Assembly: GCA_044892525.1 (NCBI GenBank)
Contig: CM097885.1
Location: forward strand, 38,442,001 to 38,506,000
Reading direction: 5' to 3'
DNA from: Schmidtea polychroa
Taxonomy: Eukaryota
DNA: 64,000 bases
This document shows, piece after piece, positions 48,330 to 61,378 of the stretch. A model generated the notes under the pieces. It was not told the origin of the DNA. It saw only the letters and a list, made by a program, of their open reading frames with translations, and searched no databases. How positions within the stretch are numbered: the first letter of the stretch is position 1; each line of letters starts with the position of its first letter. A program made the position numbers and the translations under genes.

Positions 48330-49990
48330 TTTAGAACTTGCGACATAATATTTTAAGAGGTTCCAGGCCATTATAAGCAAGTGATTTAACACGGAATTGT
48401 TGAAAATAATCCGCAAGGAGGAATACGTCCAATTTTAAGTAGATTAACATGTAATCTAACATAGTCTCGGAATTTTGCTGAGTCCAAATGTTTTGGGCAG
48501 TAGAATATTCATCATCAGATACAAATTCTCAGATAGGAGGCAATTCAAAAGTCGATTCAAGGACCTCAAGCTATGTAGCAAAGTCATAAGGAAAAATACC
48601 CTTTGCTCTAATAATTGCGCCATCAAAATCAGAAGAAGTTAAAAGCAGATAGAAAAGATTCTTCAAAGGTTATACCACAATTCAGGTTTTTATTCAAATA
48701 ACCTATATTTCTCAAAATACTTTGCATATATGTAGCACAGTAATTATCATTATCAAAATCTTGATTTTATGTTTCTCTATAATCAGTATTTTTTGACAAT
48801 GAATGAGAAGTAACACCAAAGTTTTTGAAAATTGAAACAGTGTATGATCCATTATATTGAATTTAGAATAAAGTTTGGCATTCTTCTAAACCCAAATATT
48901 TGTTCCTTATAGAATGAAGAAGCACCTTTGGCAATTGCAAATGAAACAATTTCTTTTGTTTTTAGAGGATAGATTGCATGCTTAGAATTAAGACCCAACT
49001 GATGACCATTTAATACCGATGAATCAACTCGAACTAGTAATTTTGCATCAGCTACTTCAGTACTAGTGCAGAATCGGTTTTTTTCAACCTAATGTGCACA
49101 TTTACTCCTGGATTCAGAAAGTCTAGTTGTACACATGATGAAAATCTTTGAGCCTTTAATCCATTTTTTTCCTTTCGTCAACAGTTGATGCATAACCCAT
49201 AGGAGTAAGACATGTATTTTTAGAATAGGAATTATAATTTAAAATAGTTTCTATTATTGCCATGTGAATATATGTATTGTTACCATCTTTAATCTTGATA
49301 TGATTAAATCCAAGAATAGCATCTTTAAAAAGCTTACGAAACAAAATATTATTAAATATCGTAGCATCAATATCATCCTAAACCTTTTTATTTTTATCTA
49401 AAACCTTGATCTGAACAGCAATGCATCATTCAAATCTAAATATTCAGTTTGAGAGCCATAGATGTAAAATTCCAAATCATTTCTACTATCTGTAATAAAA
49501 TTCATTGGAAATACTTTTTCGAATGATCCCTATTCGATAACCGCTTAAGTCAATGGTCGATCAAATATACGCAATTCAGATTTACGACAAATAGATTTAC
49601 AAATATAGTTCCATGTCCTCTCATCCGTTTGTCTATATGCGATGACCAGTGCTTTTTTACGTTTAGGAACCGTCACTAAAGGTGGTTCTATTTTTTTTAA
49701 ATATGTTTGCAACACCCGGTACAACTTTTTCTAGTTCGGATAGAGCATTTGTTTTCAGAGATGGTAATATCCTTTTATTATTTATAATCACATCTTTAGC
49801 AGTTTCGTACCGAAAATTCCTATGCGTTTAAGAATTGGGAGGACAAATATATCAATTGTCGGCAACCAACCGGATCCATACATTTTACCAATAAAATATG
49901 GTAATTCACCACCAGATTGGCTACCACTATGCTACCACTATCTACTTTACGAAAATGTATCGTCAAATGAGTTTTTGAATCTTGTGCAAA
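48330..49990 (-). pseudogene. Remnant of another Polinton lineage: core-like protein plus F54H12.2-type capsid gene
   Basis: Manual translation gives QSGGELPYFIGKMYGSGWL..PILKRIG, then KSELRIFDRPLT*AVIE*G...LEFYIYGSQTEYLDLND...LFKD...IETILNY; many stops. Confidence 0.75.
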
Positions 49991-50257
49991 ATCGATCTTT
50001 GTGCAAAATCATCGCATATATTTATTTATATATTGTTTATACATGATGTTGAAGCAGATAAATACATATGGTTGGGGTTAGGTTTTCCAATTGTTAATAT
50101 TCAACCAATATTGATTTCAATAAAGGAAAACTAGAATCACCAACTAGAATGACTGGATCAATAATATTACTGTAAATAAACATTTTGTGATAAAGTTTAA
50201 TTATTTTCGTTTTTCTAAACCCTCACAAACTTTACCATTTTAAAAAATTGTTTCTTT

Positions 50258-52275
50258 TGTTGGGTTAGAACTGATTTCTAAACTCAAAATTAGGAAGAGG
50301 ACGAAATGTGTCAGTACACAACATGTATACCCAGCTTTAAGTTTAATTAAATAAAAATATATAAAAACACCAAGTAAACAATGATAATAGAGAGACAATA
50401 TACCCAAAATTAAAACAACTGAATTAAAAATAAAATAAAACACGAGCAAGAAGTATTACACCAAAACTTATTCAAAAATAACCGAAAGACATAAAACAAC
50501 AAAAACAAATTAGAATAAAGGCGATTAGTAAAAATTAAAAAGAAAATTAAAGAAAATCACCTTAAAATCTTACGTAAAGAAAATTTTATTAAAAATTTGA
50601 ATAAAAATCCAAAACAATCCATAAATATGGCGATATCCATCATGGCCGCCAAACGACCCAATAAAATTTATAAAAAATAAATATTTTAGTTTAAAATATA
50701 AAAATTTTAGAAAAGAATTCACAAAAAACCATTTAAAAATAAGAAATAGATTAAATTTAGCATAGAATGTTCTTGAAATTCCCAAATCCATCATGGAGGC
50801 AAATTTAATAAAAAATAATTCAAAAAAAAATATTAATACATCAAAATCGCCATCAAAATCGATAAAAATTAAAAATCGAATGTTCTAGAATTTAAGTAAT
50901 TCGAATTTGTTTTACTGCATCAATGCACGCATGTATATTTGCACACAAAAAATAGGGATTATAAACTAACACATTTTGTCACTTCAATTCTTACTCATGC
51001 CAATATTTTGATTTTGATTTTTCTGACATTGTAAGTAAGGACGATTTCATTGTGAATTATAAATTATTATTATTATTATTATTATGTTTTTAATTTGACC
51101 CAAAAGCTGTTAAAAAGATAATTTTCAGGCATAAATTTTCTCTAGATATGAAATAAGGATTCACAAAAACAATTCGCCAGAAAAATGTTCTCCATTATAA
51201 CAATGAACAAGGCTAAATGGATAATCTGCAAGCATAAATATTATTTCAGTATAATATATAAATAAAAACCAACAAAAATATAGACTTTCAAGTACAACTG
51301 TTTCTACCCATAAGTTGTGTAGCAATAAGAAATTTTTTTTTGAATTAAATAATTTTTGAATTAAACATATGTTCAAAGTACTAATTTAAATATATATATA
51401 TAGTGGTGTAAAATATATTTTTTTACGGATGTCTAACATTAAAATAATATAAACATTACAAGCTTTGTGATACCCAGTGCAAATCGCAATTGTAGATTAG
51501 TTTGGAGCTTTTGGCTCTCATCAGTGATATGCAGGAGACGCGAAGATTTCGCTTGGTGCCAGGTAAGTATACAATATTGCTGATTCAACTCTATTGCATA
51601 ATTTCCCTGTTACACTAGAAATCACATCATTTGAAAATTAGCTAAATCACAGAAAAAATATCTGCAAATTTGTAAATATGGCGTATGAAAAATCCTATTC
51701 GCCTCTGGAGACACTGTCTGTACACAGAAACTGTTTACAAGTGCATCCGTAAACCTTTAGCATTTTTAACTTGTAATGGTGTTAAATATGTTTTTACGGA
51801 TGTAAATAGACATATACAGATGTGTATAGACGTTGTCTCCATTATAATGTATTAGAGAAATACTACACTCAGTTAGCCGAGCAGAATCACCCGGCGGAAC
51901 AAGAAACAACTAAGTTGTGATATAACTTAGTAGATCGGAGTTTATTGACCATATGTTGTGTAAATAAAATGTTTGATTTCGTAGGTATGCTTTAATGTCA
52001 GTTTGACGATTATGTTGAAGAGTTTGTGGATATTTGGAAAATATTTAATTGATGGGACCAAAGTAAATCGGACACAAGTCTTTATCGATAGTCCGTGGAC
52101 CCAAGGAGTGCCCGAACCTTATAGTGCGCTCACTTTTTGCGAGCACTGGCCCGCTTGCTACATCACCAACGTTGATCATTAAACGGGTATCAAGCAGTAA
52201 GAAACACAATTGTATTCTGAGTTATGCTGGACACAGCACGATGAGGTAAAATGTATGCTTAGCTGTTACCCACCA
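50258..52275 (+). mobile_element. Solo LTR (family A, shorter divergent variant, 2.0 kb)
   Basis: TGTTGGGTTAGAACTGA...GTTACCCACCA; perfect 4-bp TSD CTTT; lacks the two internal ORFs. Confidence 0.88.
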
Positions 52276-55200
52276 CTTTTGATAATCCCTGTTTTTGTTA
52301 AATTTCTATAAACTTTTACATTACTAAAATCAGGTTTCTAATCAAATTTAAAATGAAGTCTTTTTTAAGATCAATAATATAAAAAATATGCGAACAATTT
52401 TGAATTAGATAAACTTGGTCAATGTCTGTTATATACAAGTCATCATTAAAAGTAAACGTATTTGGCTGATCGAAAGGGAAAATTACTTTCAATTTGATAT
52501 AGTGCTTCAGGTCACCTTTTTTCATATATCTAGGTTTTGGCAACTGTAATATATCTTTTTCTGACTTGATACTTGTTTTTCAAAATCCAAATCATTTTGC
52601 TATACTTAAATCTTCAAACGATACATGATATTGCAAATAATAACATACAATGTTTAGAAAATAATGATCAGCGCATAATATAAAGTCATTATCAGAAGGA
52701 TAACTTATTTCACATTCGTCGTTTTCATTAGTTTAGACTTTAAATTCGGGGTTACGATGGAAACAGCATGAAATAATGAAATATGGATTACCTGTAAACC
52801 GCCATTACTATAGTGGATGAGATCAGAACTTTTTAACTCAAACTTTAATATCTCATGATTTTCCGTGGCTGCACATAAAAAAAATTACAAATTAAAAAAT
52901 CACATAATTTTTGCCCGTATGTGTGAATCTTTATTTTAGGGTTGTTTTGTACAGTGTATGTGTGTTTGTATTCTATTTTTCTCGCCAAAATTATTTTTCT
53001 GCTTTTCTATGGTAAATATTGTTAATTATTATTATTTTTTAAGTATATGTTTATTTTAAAAATATAAATAAATTTTGTCTTATACAAATTTATAATTAAA
53101 TAAATGGTAATTTAAATTTTTGTTATTTAAGTAGCAGAGATATTTGTCGAATTATCTATTATTTTTATATAACAAATTAATTAATTTATTATTAATTTAT
53201 TAAAGAATTATTATTTGTACACCTGAAGTGTACAAATAAATACATAACTCGAGCAAAGTATATAATTACTTTGTTTTAAACTGAATTAACTTATTGACAT
53301 AATAAATAATTGCATGCTGCCTTTGATTAAAATTTTAATAAAAATTAAAGAGAAATATGAGGGGAAAATTATCGGCTTCCTATTTCAAATACAAAAATAT
53401 TTAACTAAATTTTGTCAAATTTCTTTAGCAAATTCATTTCAAAAGTAAATTAACTGAGCAATTTTCTAACAAGATTTTAAATATAACACCATTTTGTTTT
53501 AATGAATGCAAAATGTTTTCTTTCAATGAACACAAAGTTCAATAATTTAGTTAATTTTATATAGATTATGTAGTCATTCCTTTGTTTTTGTTTATTTTAA
53601 TGAGTCTAGATTTATGAGATTTTGTTTAAATTTCTCATTCGGTTTTCGAATTATATAAATGGGAAATGAAATTAAACAGTTTCTTTTTGATTTTTGCATT
53701 GTTTAGAAATTTTATATTACAAATGACATTATATTTCTACAACATTGATCATATATTCTAAGCCAAATGTTACTCTTTTTAGGTTTAAAATATATTACAT
53801 CGCACCTTCATACTGACCCCTATAATTTAATATAATTTTATATAATTATTATGCACATAAGTAGGTGGATATAAGCCCGCCAAACGATGATGCCGCTAAG
53901 CCAACCCCACCCTCCCTGCTGAGGATTTTGGCTTTCTTCCTAAAAAACAGAATTTTAATGTAGGTCACAGAACGTAGGTCATCTAACCGTGGAAAATGTG
54001 CGGTAACCACAGCAGCTGCCAAATTATTTACGTAGCTCAATCCAAAATATATGTAGGTCAATCCAAATTTATGTTTTTTTTGATTTTTATGAAATTTTTA
54101 TCAGAATTTTTTTTGTTTTTATGTAAGTCAATCCAATGCATTTATTTTTTCAAATCGACTTTAAGACCATAGTCCGCAATGTTGGGCTAGAACTGATTTC
54201 TAGACCCAAACTACTAATTGTGACTGAAACGTGCAGGTACACAACATGTAAAAAGCAAAAAGTATAGTTAAACATTAAAATACACACCAAATAAACAATA
54301 TTAACTAAAGGAGAAAGCAACAAAAACATAAACAAAGAAATTAAACAAAATTATACAAAAGCAAGAAGTGATGCAAAAATCTAACTCAAAAATAACCAAA
54401 TAAACACGGAGTTACAAAAAACAGACTCGAATAACTTAAAAGACGATAAAAACAGTAAAACATTCCAGAAAAACCCAGAACATTCTATAAAAATGGCGAT
54501 GACCATCACAAAAGTTATCTAGAACAACAAAAGTTAAGGAAAATAAATAAATTAGTATTAAAAATAAAAAATCTCAAAAAGAATTCATAAAAACATCAGT
54601 TAAAATAAAAATTAAATTAAAAGTAAAATAGAATGTTCTGGAACCGTTCCAAATCCATCATGGACGTAAAATTAATGAAAAATAATTAAAAAATAAAAAT
54701 ATAAAAATAAAAACAAAAATTATGGCACAAAAATTGCCATTAAAAATAGCAAAATCGTAAAATAGAAAATTCTGGAATAAAAAAGAATTCGAGTTTGTTT
54801 TAATGCATCAATACATACACGTGTACTAAATAGGTATATATACTGACACGTTTCAGTCACAATCAATCACTTTTATGCCAAATTTTTGTGACGAAATTTC
54901 CAAAATCGATAGTAAGCATTGATCTTTATTTGTATATTAATTGTTTAATTATATAGATGGTATTTTAAATTTATTTTTGCTTAAAATTTTTTGCGATGTA
55001 TGAGTGATCAACGGCGTACTGGTATTCCTGCGTCGTTGTTCAGTCCTGCATCCAATTTATTAAAATCGTGATTAACAGGACATGCAGACACGCATTATCA
55101 TTATTATAGTGATATTTATTATATGATTTCTTTTTGTTCGGGTCAGCCGGAGGTCGAACTACTTCATGGTCCTGCCATGGAGTTAGGTCGAGGAAACCCT

Positions 55201-57006
55201 CCGCCTGACTCTTCGTATTTATTTAAGGTCAGCCGTAAATGGTTGACTTAGCACACAACACTAAGGTTTGTGGACGTGGTCACAGTGGGGCCATGGAAGC
55301 AATATTCTTCCCGACTCATTGCGTAATATACAATTAAACTCAACACTTAAAATCCTGAACAATAACTCTACACTAAGGTTCTAATTTGAGTAGAGCTCGT
55401 ACCTAAAATTACACAATTCTACACTCACATTAATGTAGCTAGTTGATTCATAATGGTAATTTCAATTATGCTTAGACATATGCCGAACTAGATTTTGTAG
55501 TAAGGATCTTTGATAAAGTAACAGAAATAAGAGAGATATTCGGCATACGTACAGGTATAACTTGACCTAGATATGCTGATTCCGAGTAAAGATAGACATT
55601 TTAAATCTAGTTCCCACTTTAAAATGTTTGTAAATGTGTAGGCTCTTAGTTGTAATATTCTTGTTGTTAACTATAAAACTATAAGTTATAAATAATTACG
55701 ATAGCTAGGTACAAATCACGTCGATCCTGAAAATGTAAATTGTAAATGGAGAAAGTCTGATCAGAGATAGTAATAGGCGATAGACGCGCTAGAACCCTGA
55801 AGTTTAATCCACAAATAGGACCAGGAAATCTGTAAGTACTGCGGAAAACAATGTTGATCATAGAAAGGAAGTTGTAAGAAGTATATTCCGTCGACTAAAA
55901 ATTTCAAATTATAAAGTACGAAAATACGAATTACAAAAGTATAAATTTTAGATTATAAACTTAGAAATTATAAGTTGAGCAATTATAACTTATAAAATAT
56001 GAATGTATAAATTTCAAAATATGAAATTATAATTGTAAATTACAAGATTGTAAATCCCTAAATTGAAAATTTTAAATTATAAATCGAAAATTATCAAAGT
56101 ATAAATTATAAAACATAAATTTATAATTCTAAAACATGGGATTGTAAAATTATAGTTATCATAATCCTGATCATTTCCCTTGTTATTACTATTAGCAGTA
56201 TCAACATTATCATTACTATTAGTATTATTATTCTTATTCTTATTATTATTATGTTATTATTATCATTATTATGAATATCATAATTAGCATTATTATTATT
56301 ATCATCATTATCAGTACCATTATAAAAATTTATTATTATTCTTGTTATTATTATTATTAGTATTATTACTATTACCATTATTAAAATTTATTATTATTCT
56401 TATTATTATTACTATCATTGCTATTATTAATATTATTAGTATCATTATTATTATTATTATTAGTATCGTTATTTCATTGTTATTATTATTGGTATTATTA
56501 CAGTTAACTACAAAAAATCGATATCCCAATCCGATATCGATCACCTGGAAATTTAGAAATTAGCAAATTAAATAAATTACTTGTATGCAGAGCCAACCAC
56601 TCATAACGAGCACAACCGAAGGAAAGGTAAGCAGACGAAGAGCTTAGTTCGTTGCTAGTACCTGTCGCCCCAGCGTGCCCGAATTTAGTGGCCTAAAAAT
56701 GACGACCTAGAAAAAATTCACATTTTATTAACATATAAACTAAAATTTATAAACAGTAATTAAAATTACCACTCAGTGGTAAACAAAATTTTGAATGGAA
56801 ATGATTAATTTAAACAAACGAATTTTGACGAAAATCCCTTTTTTGTTGTTTTGATAAAGTAGGAAATCTTATTCCCTGCTCCTAAACTTATAGGTGGTAG
56901 TCTTAAAATAAAATATTTTTTTTAAAGGGAAAAAGGGTCAACAAAATCTTGTGGTTGACGTCGTATCTCAATCAGTATAGAGGGGCTTGATTATTATTTT
57001 GTAGAA

Positions 57007-57372
57007 ATGTCCTACTCTGACAGCGATAGCCACGAAGAAGCCGACCGACAGATGCTTACCAGACTCCGTACACGGTACATATGGCACCGTATCCATGATT
57101 GGAATCGGGGTTTGGACCTCGACAACTTTGGCCCAGTAATCAGGAGTGGGCCGGAGCCGGACGCTCCGGCGTGGGTAAAAACAGAGCCCACAAACGATTT
57201 TTTGCAAGAGGCCCGCGACCGAGCGGCCATCGAGGTAGAAGCAGCTCAGATGCGACTCAAGAAGATCGAGCTGCAAATCCAAGCAGAAAAAGAGGGAAAA
57301 ACCGTGGAGGACCTAGAAGAGGCCGAGGCAACCCCGCGGAAGAGGGGAAGGCCTCGCAAGCGACTGAACTGA
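57007..57372 (+). CDS. LTR-encoded AT-hook protein (ORF1)
   Basis: RLRTRYIWHRIHDW and PRKRGRPRK; acceptor TTTTGTAG two nt before the ATG; homologue at 40204-40668. Confidence 0.8.
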   Translation: MSYSDSDSHEEADRQMLTRLRTRYIWHRIHDWNRGLDLDNFGPVIRSGPEPDAPAWVKTEPTNDFLQEARDRAAIEVEAAQMRLKKIELQIQAEKEGKTVEDLEEAEATPRKRGRPRKRLN

Positions 57373-57581
57373 CTCATCGTCAAAATTTTGTTTTTGCAAA
57401 TTATCATCCAGTTGTGACTTTATTAAACTTTGATTTTAGTGATAATTATTTCAGTCCTTTTAATAAATCATCTTGTGTATTGCGTGCTTAACATCCGAAA
57501 CTATGTTTATTTATAATATTGATTTTATTTTATAATTGAATGAATAGTATGCTGCAAGAATATAATCGTTGAATTTATCTA

Positions 57582-58052
57582 GTGTTCAAACTATTGGAAA
57601 ATCTGCGAAGAGATAGGGCAGAAGCTCAAAAACAGTCCGAGGAGCTCCGCATACGAGTAGACAAGCTCAAGGGACGGTGCCGGGAACTAGAAAGCACCTG
57701 GTTTAGTCCCGAGGATATGAAAAAGAAGGTGGCGCAGGTCCTTCAACTGCAGACTCAAGCTGCGCAGGATCAGATGGAGATCCGGGCACTGAAACTCCAG
57801 CTCCGCGCGTTAAAAACCGAACGCAATGAACAAGTAGTTCACGGAGCCGCCATAAGCCAAATCCGGCCGTTGACCGTGGAACTAGCAGCAATATACCCCC
57901 CGGCCGCGAAAGAGAAACCCAAAAGAAAGCGGTTAGGCCGAAATATTCGGGAAAAATTGAAGAAAGCTAGACTGGCCGAATACGAGCGACAAGCAAATTC
58001 GTCACTAGCAGCTGCGACGGAATTGGCCAGTCCTACCAATAAGCCTGTTTGA
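57582..58052 (+). CDS. LTR-encoded coiled-coil protein with basic tail (ORF2; probably a spliced exon)
   Basis: Homologue at 39300-39698; starts at CTAG|TG acceptor with no ATG at the start. Confidence 0.8.
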   Translation: MFKLLENLRRDRAEAQKQSEELRIRVDKLKGRCRELESTWFSPEDMKKKVAQVLQLQTQAAQDQMEIRALKLQLRALKTERNEQVVHGAAISQIRPLTVELAAIYPPAAKEKPKRKRLGRNIREKLKKARLAEYERQANSSLAAATELASPTNKPV

Positions 58053-58458
58053 ACTTATATTCGGTTTTAGGTGTTTTGTAGTATTTTTATGTATTGTGGT
58101 AGTCTTCAAATAATATGTTCCTTGTTAAAATACTGCACGTTTTGTAGTGATAAAATAATGACTAGTACAGTTTATGATTGCCTGGGAAATGAGAGTTTGT
58201 GCATAAGGTTGGGAAAACAATTTTGATAAAGGGACCTGAGAAATCGGACACACACCTTCTATCGGTAGTCCGTGAACCCACGGAGTACTCGACAACTATA
58301 GTGCTTTGATGCGCTCACTTTTTGCGAGTACTCAACCCTTGGTACAGTACCAACGTTGATCACTCAACGGGTACCAAGCGGAAAAACAATGTTGTATTTT
58401 GGGTTACGCTGGTAACAGCACTCAATCATTCAACCACCAGTAACCCACCATACAAATT

Positions 58459-58476
58459 TGGGGGCTCAGCCGGGAT
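58459..58476 (+). promoter_or_regulatory. Primer binding site, tRNA-Pro type
   Basis: TGGGGGCTCAGCCGGGAT versus canonical Pro PBS TGGGGGCTCGTCCGGGAT (2 mismatches), 8 nt after the LTR end. Confidence 0.85.
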
Positions 58477-59175
58477 ATTGAAAATTTAATTGGTGAAAGA
58501 ACCCGAGAATAGATATAATAGAGAGAGTAAAAGCGGATATAAAGTGATATGCATTCAAGACCGAGCAGGTTGTTTTCCCAAGCGCTTAAACTTAGTATAT
58601 GGATATGAGAATATGATAAAATGTATGTAGAATGTCTAAATGAGTGATGGAAGTTTTAAAGTATGACGACATATGAATGTATTGAAAGTGGGTATGAGAA
58701 TGCTGTACGAATAACTTAGTAATAGAATGAATGAGGATAAACGAAAATTAAAACGAAAACAAATTATAATAAAATTGTAAATAGCAACGATTAATAAAAT
58801 GTAAAAATAAGGAAATAATAAAAATTTAAAAATAGGGAAAAGGGGGGATAGCACGCTAATAAAGATAGAACAAAGGAACAATGAAATTAAACTTAATCAG
58901 AAAACGTGTAAAATATGGCGATAAGGAATGGGATATGAGTTATATATAATTAAAACGATTGTAATAAAATCACAAGATCATGAAAGAAATGTGCGCGGAA
59001 TAGAGCATTAAACAGAGGGAGACGGGGTTGTTAAGGGTAATAAGTAGAATGTAAAGGTTTATCGAAGCACTAATAAAATAAAGTATTCTGGATATTAGGG
59101 GGAAAAACGATAAAGGGGGAAAAATGACGCGGAATATTAATAAAAAGAGAACTTTAATTAATAAATCTTAATTAG

Positions 59176-59658
59176 ATGGAATCAACCGGCTACATTACAA
59201 AGAGACTCGAAAAATTCGTAGATTTAACACACAATTCGTTACAACGGCTAAATCGCAAAGCGGACCAGTTGATAAAAATCCAAGATGAGATGAGCTTGAA
59301 TCCAAGACCGCAAGCTGAGGAAATATGCGTAATGATGAAAATAGCGACACCTAATGCAGAATTGACCACTAAAAGAGTTTATCAACTTCAAAATTTACGA
59401 TTAGACAATGCCAAATTTAACATCAAATGGCAGGAGATAATGATAAAAATGGGAACGATCGAGGAAGAAATTAAAGAAGCAATCGAACATCAAGTTAAAG
59501 ATTTTAGAAAATGCTTCATATGCAGAACCAATGAAATACGAGTAATGACGATTCCATGTGGTCATTTATGCTACTGCGAGAATTGCGCAGAGAAAATTAA
59601 ACGATGCAACGTATGCGATACGAATGTTAGAGAGAAAATTGTAATATACCTCCCATAA
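59176..59658 (+). CDS. Coiled-coil plus C-terminal IAP/MDM2-type RING finger protein in the retrotransposon leader
   Basis: CFIC...IPCGHLCYCENC...CNVC...IYLP at the extreme C-terminus; TAATTAG|ATG acceptor-like context. Confidence 0.85.
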   Translation: MESTGYITKRLEKFVDLTHNSLQRLNRKADQLIKIQDEMSLNPRPQAEEICVMMKIATPNAELTTKRVYQLQNLRLDNAKFNIKWQEIMIKMGTIEEEIKEAIEHQVKDFRKCFICRTNEIRVMTIPCGHLCYCENCAEKIKRCNVCDTNVREKIVIYLP

Positions 59659-61066
59659 GGAGATGTTGTCAAATAAATTTCTTGTGAATGAATATGAAGT
59701 GATAAAATTAGTAAATTATATTAAAAATCCATTATAGCAACCGAAAGGTGTAAAACATACGATGAACATAGACATATAAAGGACACAAAATACGTTAAAT
59801 AAATAGACAAGCAACACAGCAATTAGAACTAAAATCAAAGTTGAATGCAGGACTGATCATAGTCGTATGAATGAGCTGATCGCTAAGATCAGTACGATTT
59901 TTATTTCCAATTTTCTTTTCTTCCTGTTTGTTATTTTGGCATAAAGAGATACGATAATGAGGGGATGACAAGTGAATCGTCCTTACGACACTTGCCCGGA
60001 TGGGGAAATCCTGATCACCCTGATGAGAGAATGTAGTAGGATCCATCGCAAATGTTGGGGAGTTTCTGTCCAGTGACTGATCACCACTTGTGGGAAACGA
60101 ACCAACGCGATTATTATATTTTTTGTCTGGGAGACGGGGACTAACTAAAAGGGTGAATAAAAATAGAAAAATAAAATAAAAATTGAAAAACGCGCGCTAA
60201 ATGTTAAAAATTTAATCCGAGAGCAGCTGCGGATTTGAAGAAACCGTTTTTGGACTTCAAATCAGATGAGGAGTAATGTTTTTTCCCTAGCGAGTGATGA
60301 GGCACCCGAGTACAGCGGCTAACCACCGGACTGTAGTGTCCAGGAGATTATCAGCCAAGGGACTGATGATGCTGGATCACCCAATACAAAAACCCGGATG
60401 CCACACCGAGTATTGGGCGCACTTTTTTGAGTTGCTAGCGGGACTTGATACAAAAACCCGGAAGGGTAGCGAGCGAGAGAGACCCAGTTACCTACACCGA
60501 GTATCAAGGAGCCCAGTGAAACGGTTGTGAGATGCGAGTCAACCGGTAAAGGACTCGTACTCAACAGGCAACCAAGATTGGACCAGTTGTGAGGCGGGAG
60601 ACCGAGAGTCAACTGCATACCCAATTTCCTTTTAGCTTCACTAGTCGGGAGATCTGGTTCATCACTTTTGAGAATCACGATCAAGGCGATTAGGCATTTC
60701 CGTGTTTTTTAAATCCTGATAGATAGGATGTTTTTTCTTCGTGATTATTGCTAGCAGGGGTCGGTACAAAACCCGGATGCCCACACCGAGTACCGATAGG
60801 CCCAGTGAAACGGCGATGAGATTAGAGTTACCGGTATTAGACTCTTTTCAATAAGCGGCCAAGAATTGAGCCAGTTGTGAGGCCTCAGCAGATTAAGAGT
60901 TGGAGTAGGAGGAGCCTCGAATTTTTGATTAGCCCGAAAGTCAACTGTCAACTCAATTTAATCGCGGTAGGGACGATAGTAGGTGTTAAAACCGAAGGCG
61001 TCTGGGGGTTGAAGAAACCTCATTTAGGGCATTTGAAACCGGTCAGGGACCGAAGACCGCGAATAC

Positions 61067-61378
61067 GGCGTAATGGTGTAAAAGCCCAGGCGTCTAGGAG
61101 TCGTAAAAGACTTCAATTTTGATTAAACCGGCCGGAAGCCGATGCCGACGCGGAGGTCTAACAAACCAAAGCGTTGATGGGTAATAGTAGAGTATATGGC
61201 GTAATGGTGTAAAAGCCCAGGCGTCTAGGAGTCGTAAAAGACTTCAATTTTGATTAAACCGGCCGGAAGCCGATGCCGACGCGGAGGTCTAACAAACCAA
61301 AGCGTTGATGGGTAATAGTAGATTATATGGCGTAATGGTGTAAAAGCCCAGGCGTCTAGGAGTCGTAAAAGACTTCAT
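61067..61378. repeat. 131-bp tandem repeat (about 2.4 copies) in the retrotransposon leader
   Basis: Units start at 61067, 61198 and 61329 and are near-identical. Confidence 0.93.

Larger units (their letters stand above)
54180..58450 (+). repeat. 5' LTR (family A), 4271 bp
   Basis: TGTTGGG...CCCACCA ends, defined by the two TSD-flanked solo LTRs in this window. Confidence 0.9.

Noticed and set aside
38911..58450. One huge inverted-repeat element enclosing the kinase gene
   Set aside because: The minus-strand LTR has its own AATG TSD and the plus-strand LTR leads into PBS and gag, so they are independent insertions
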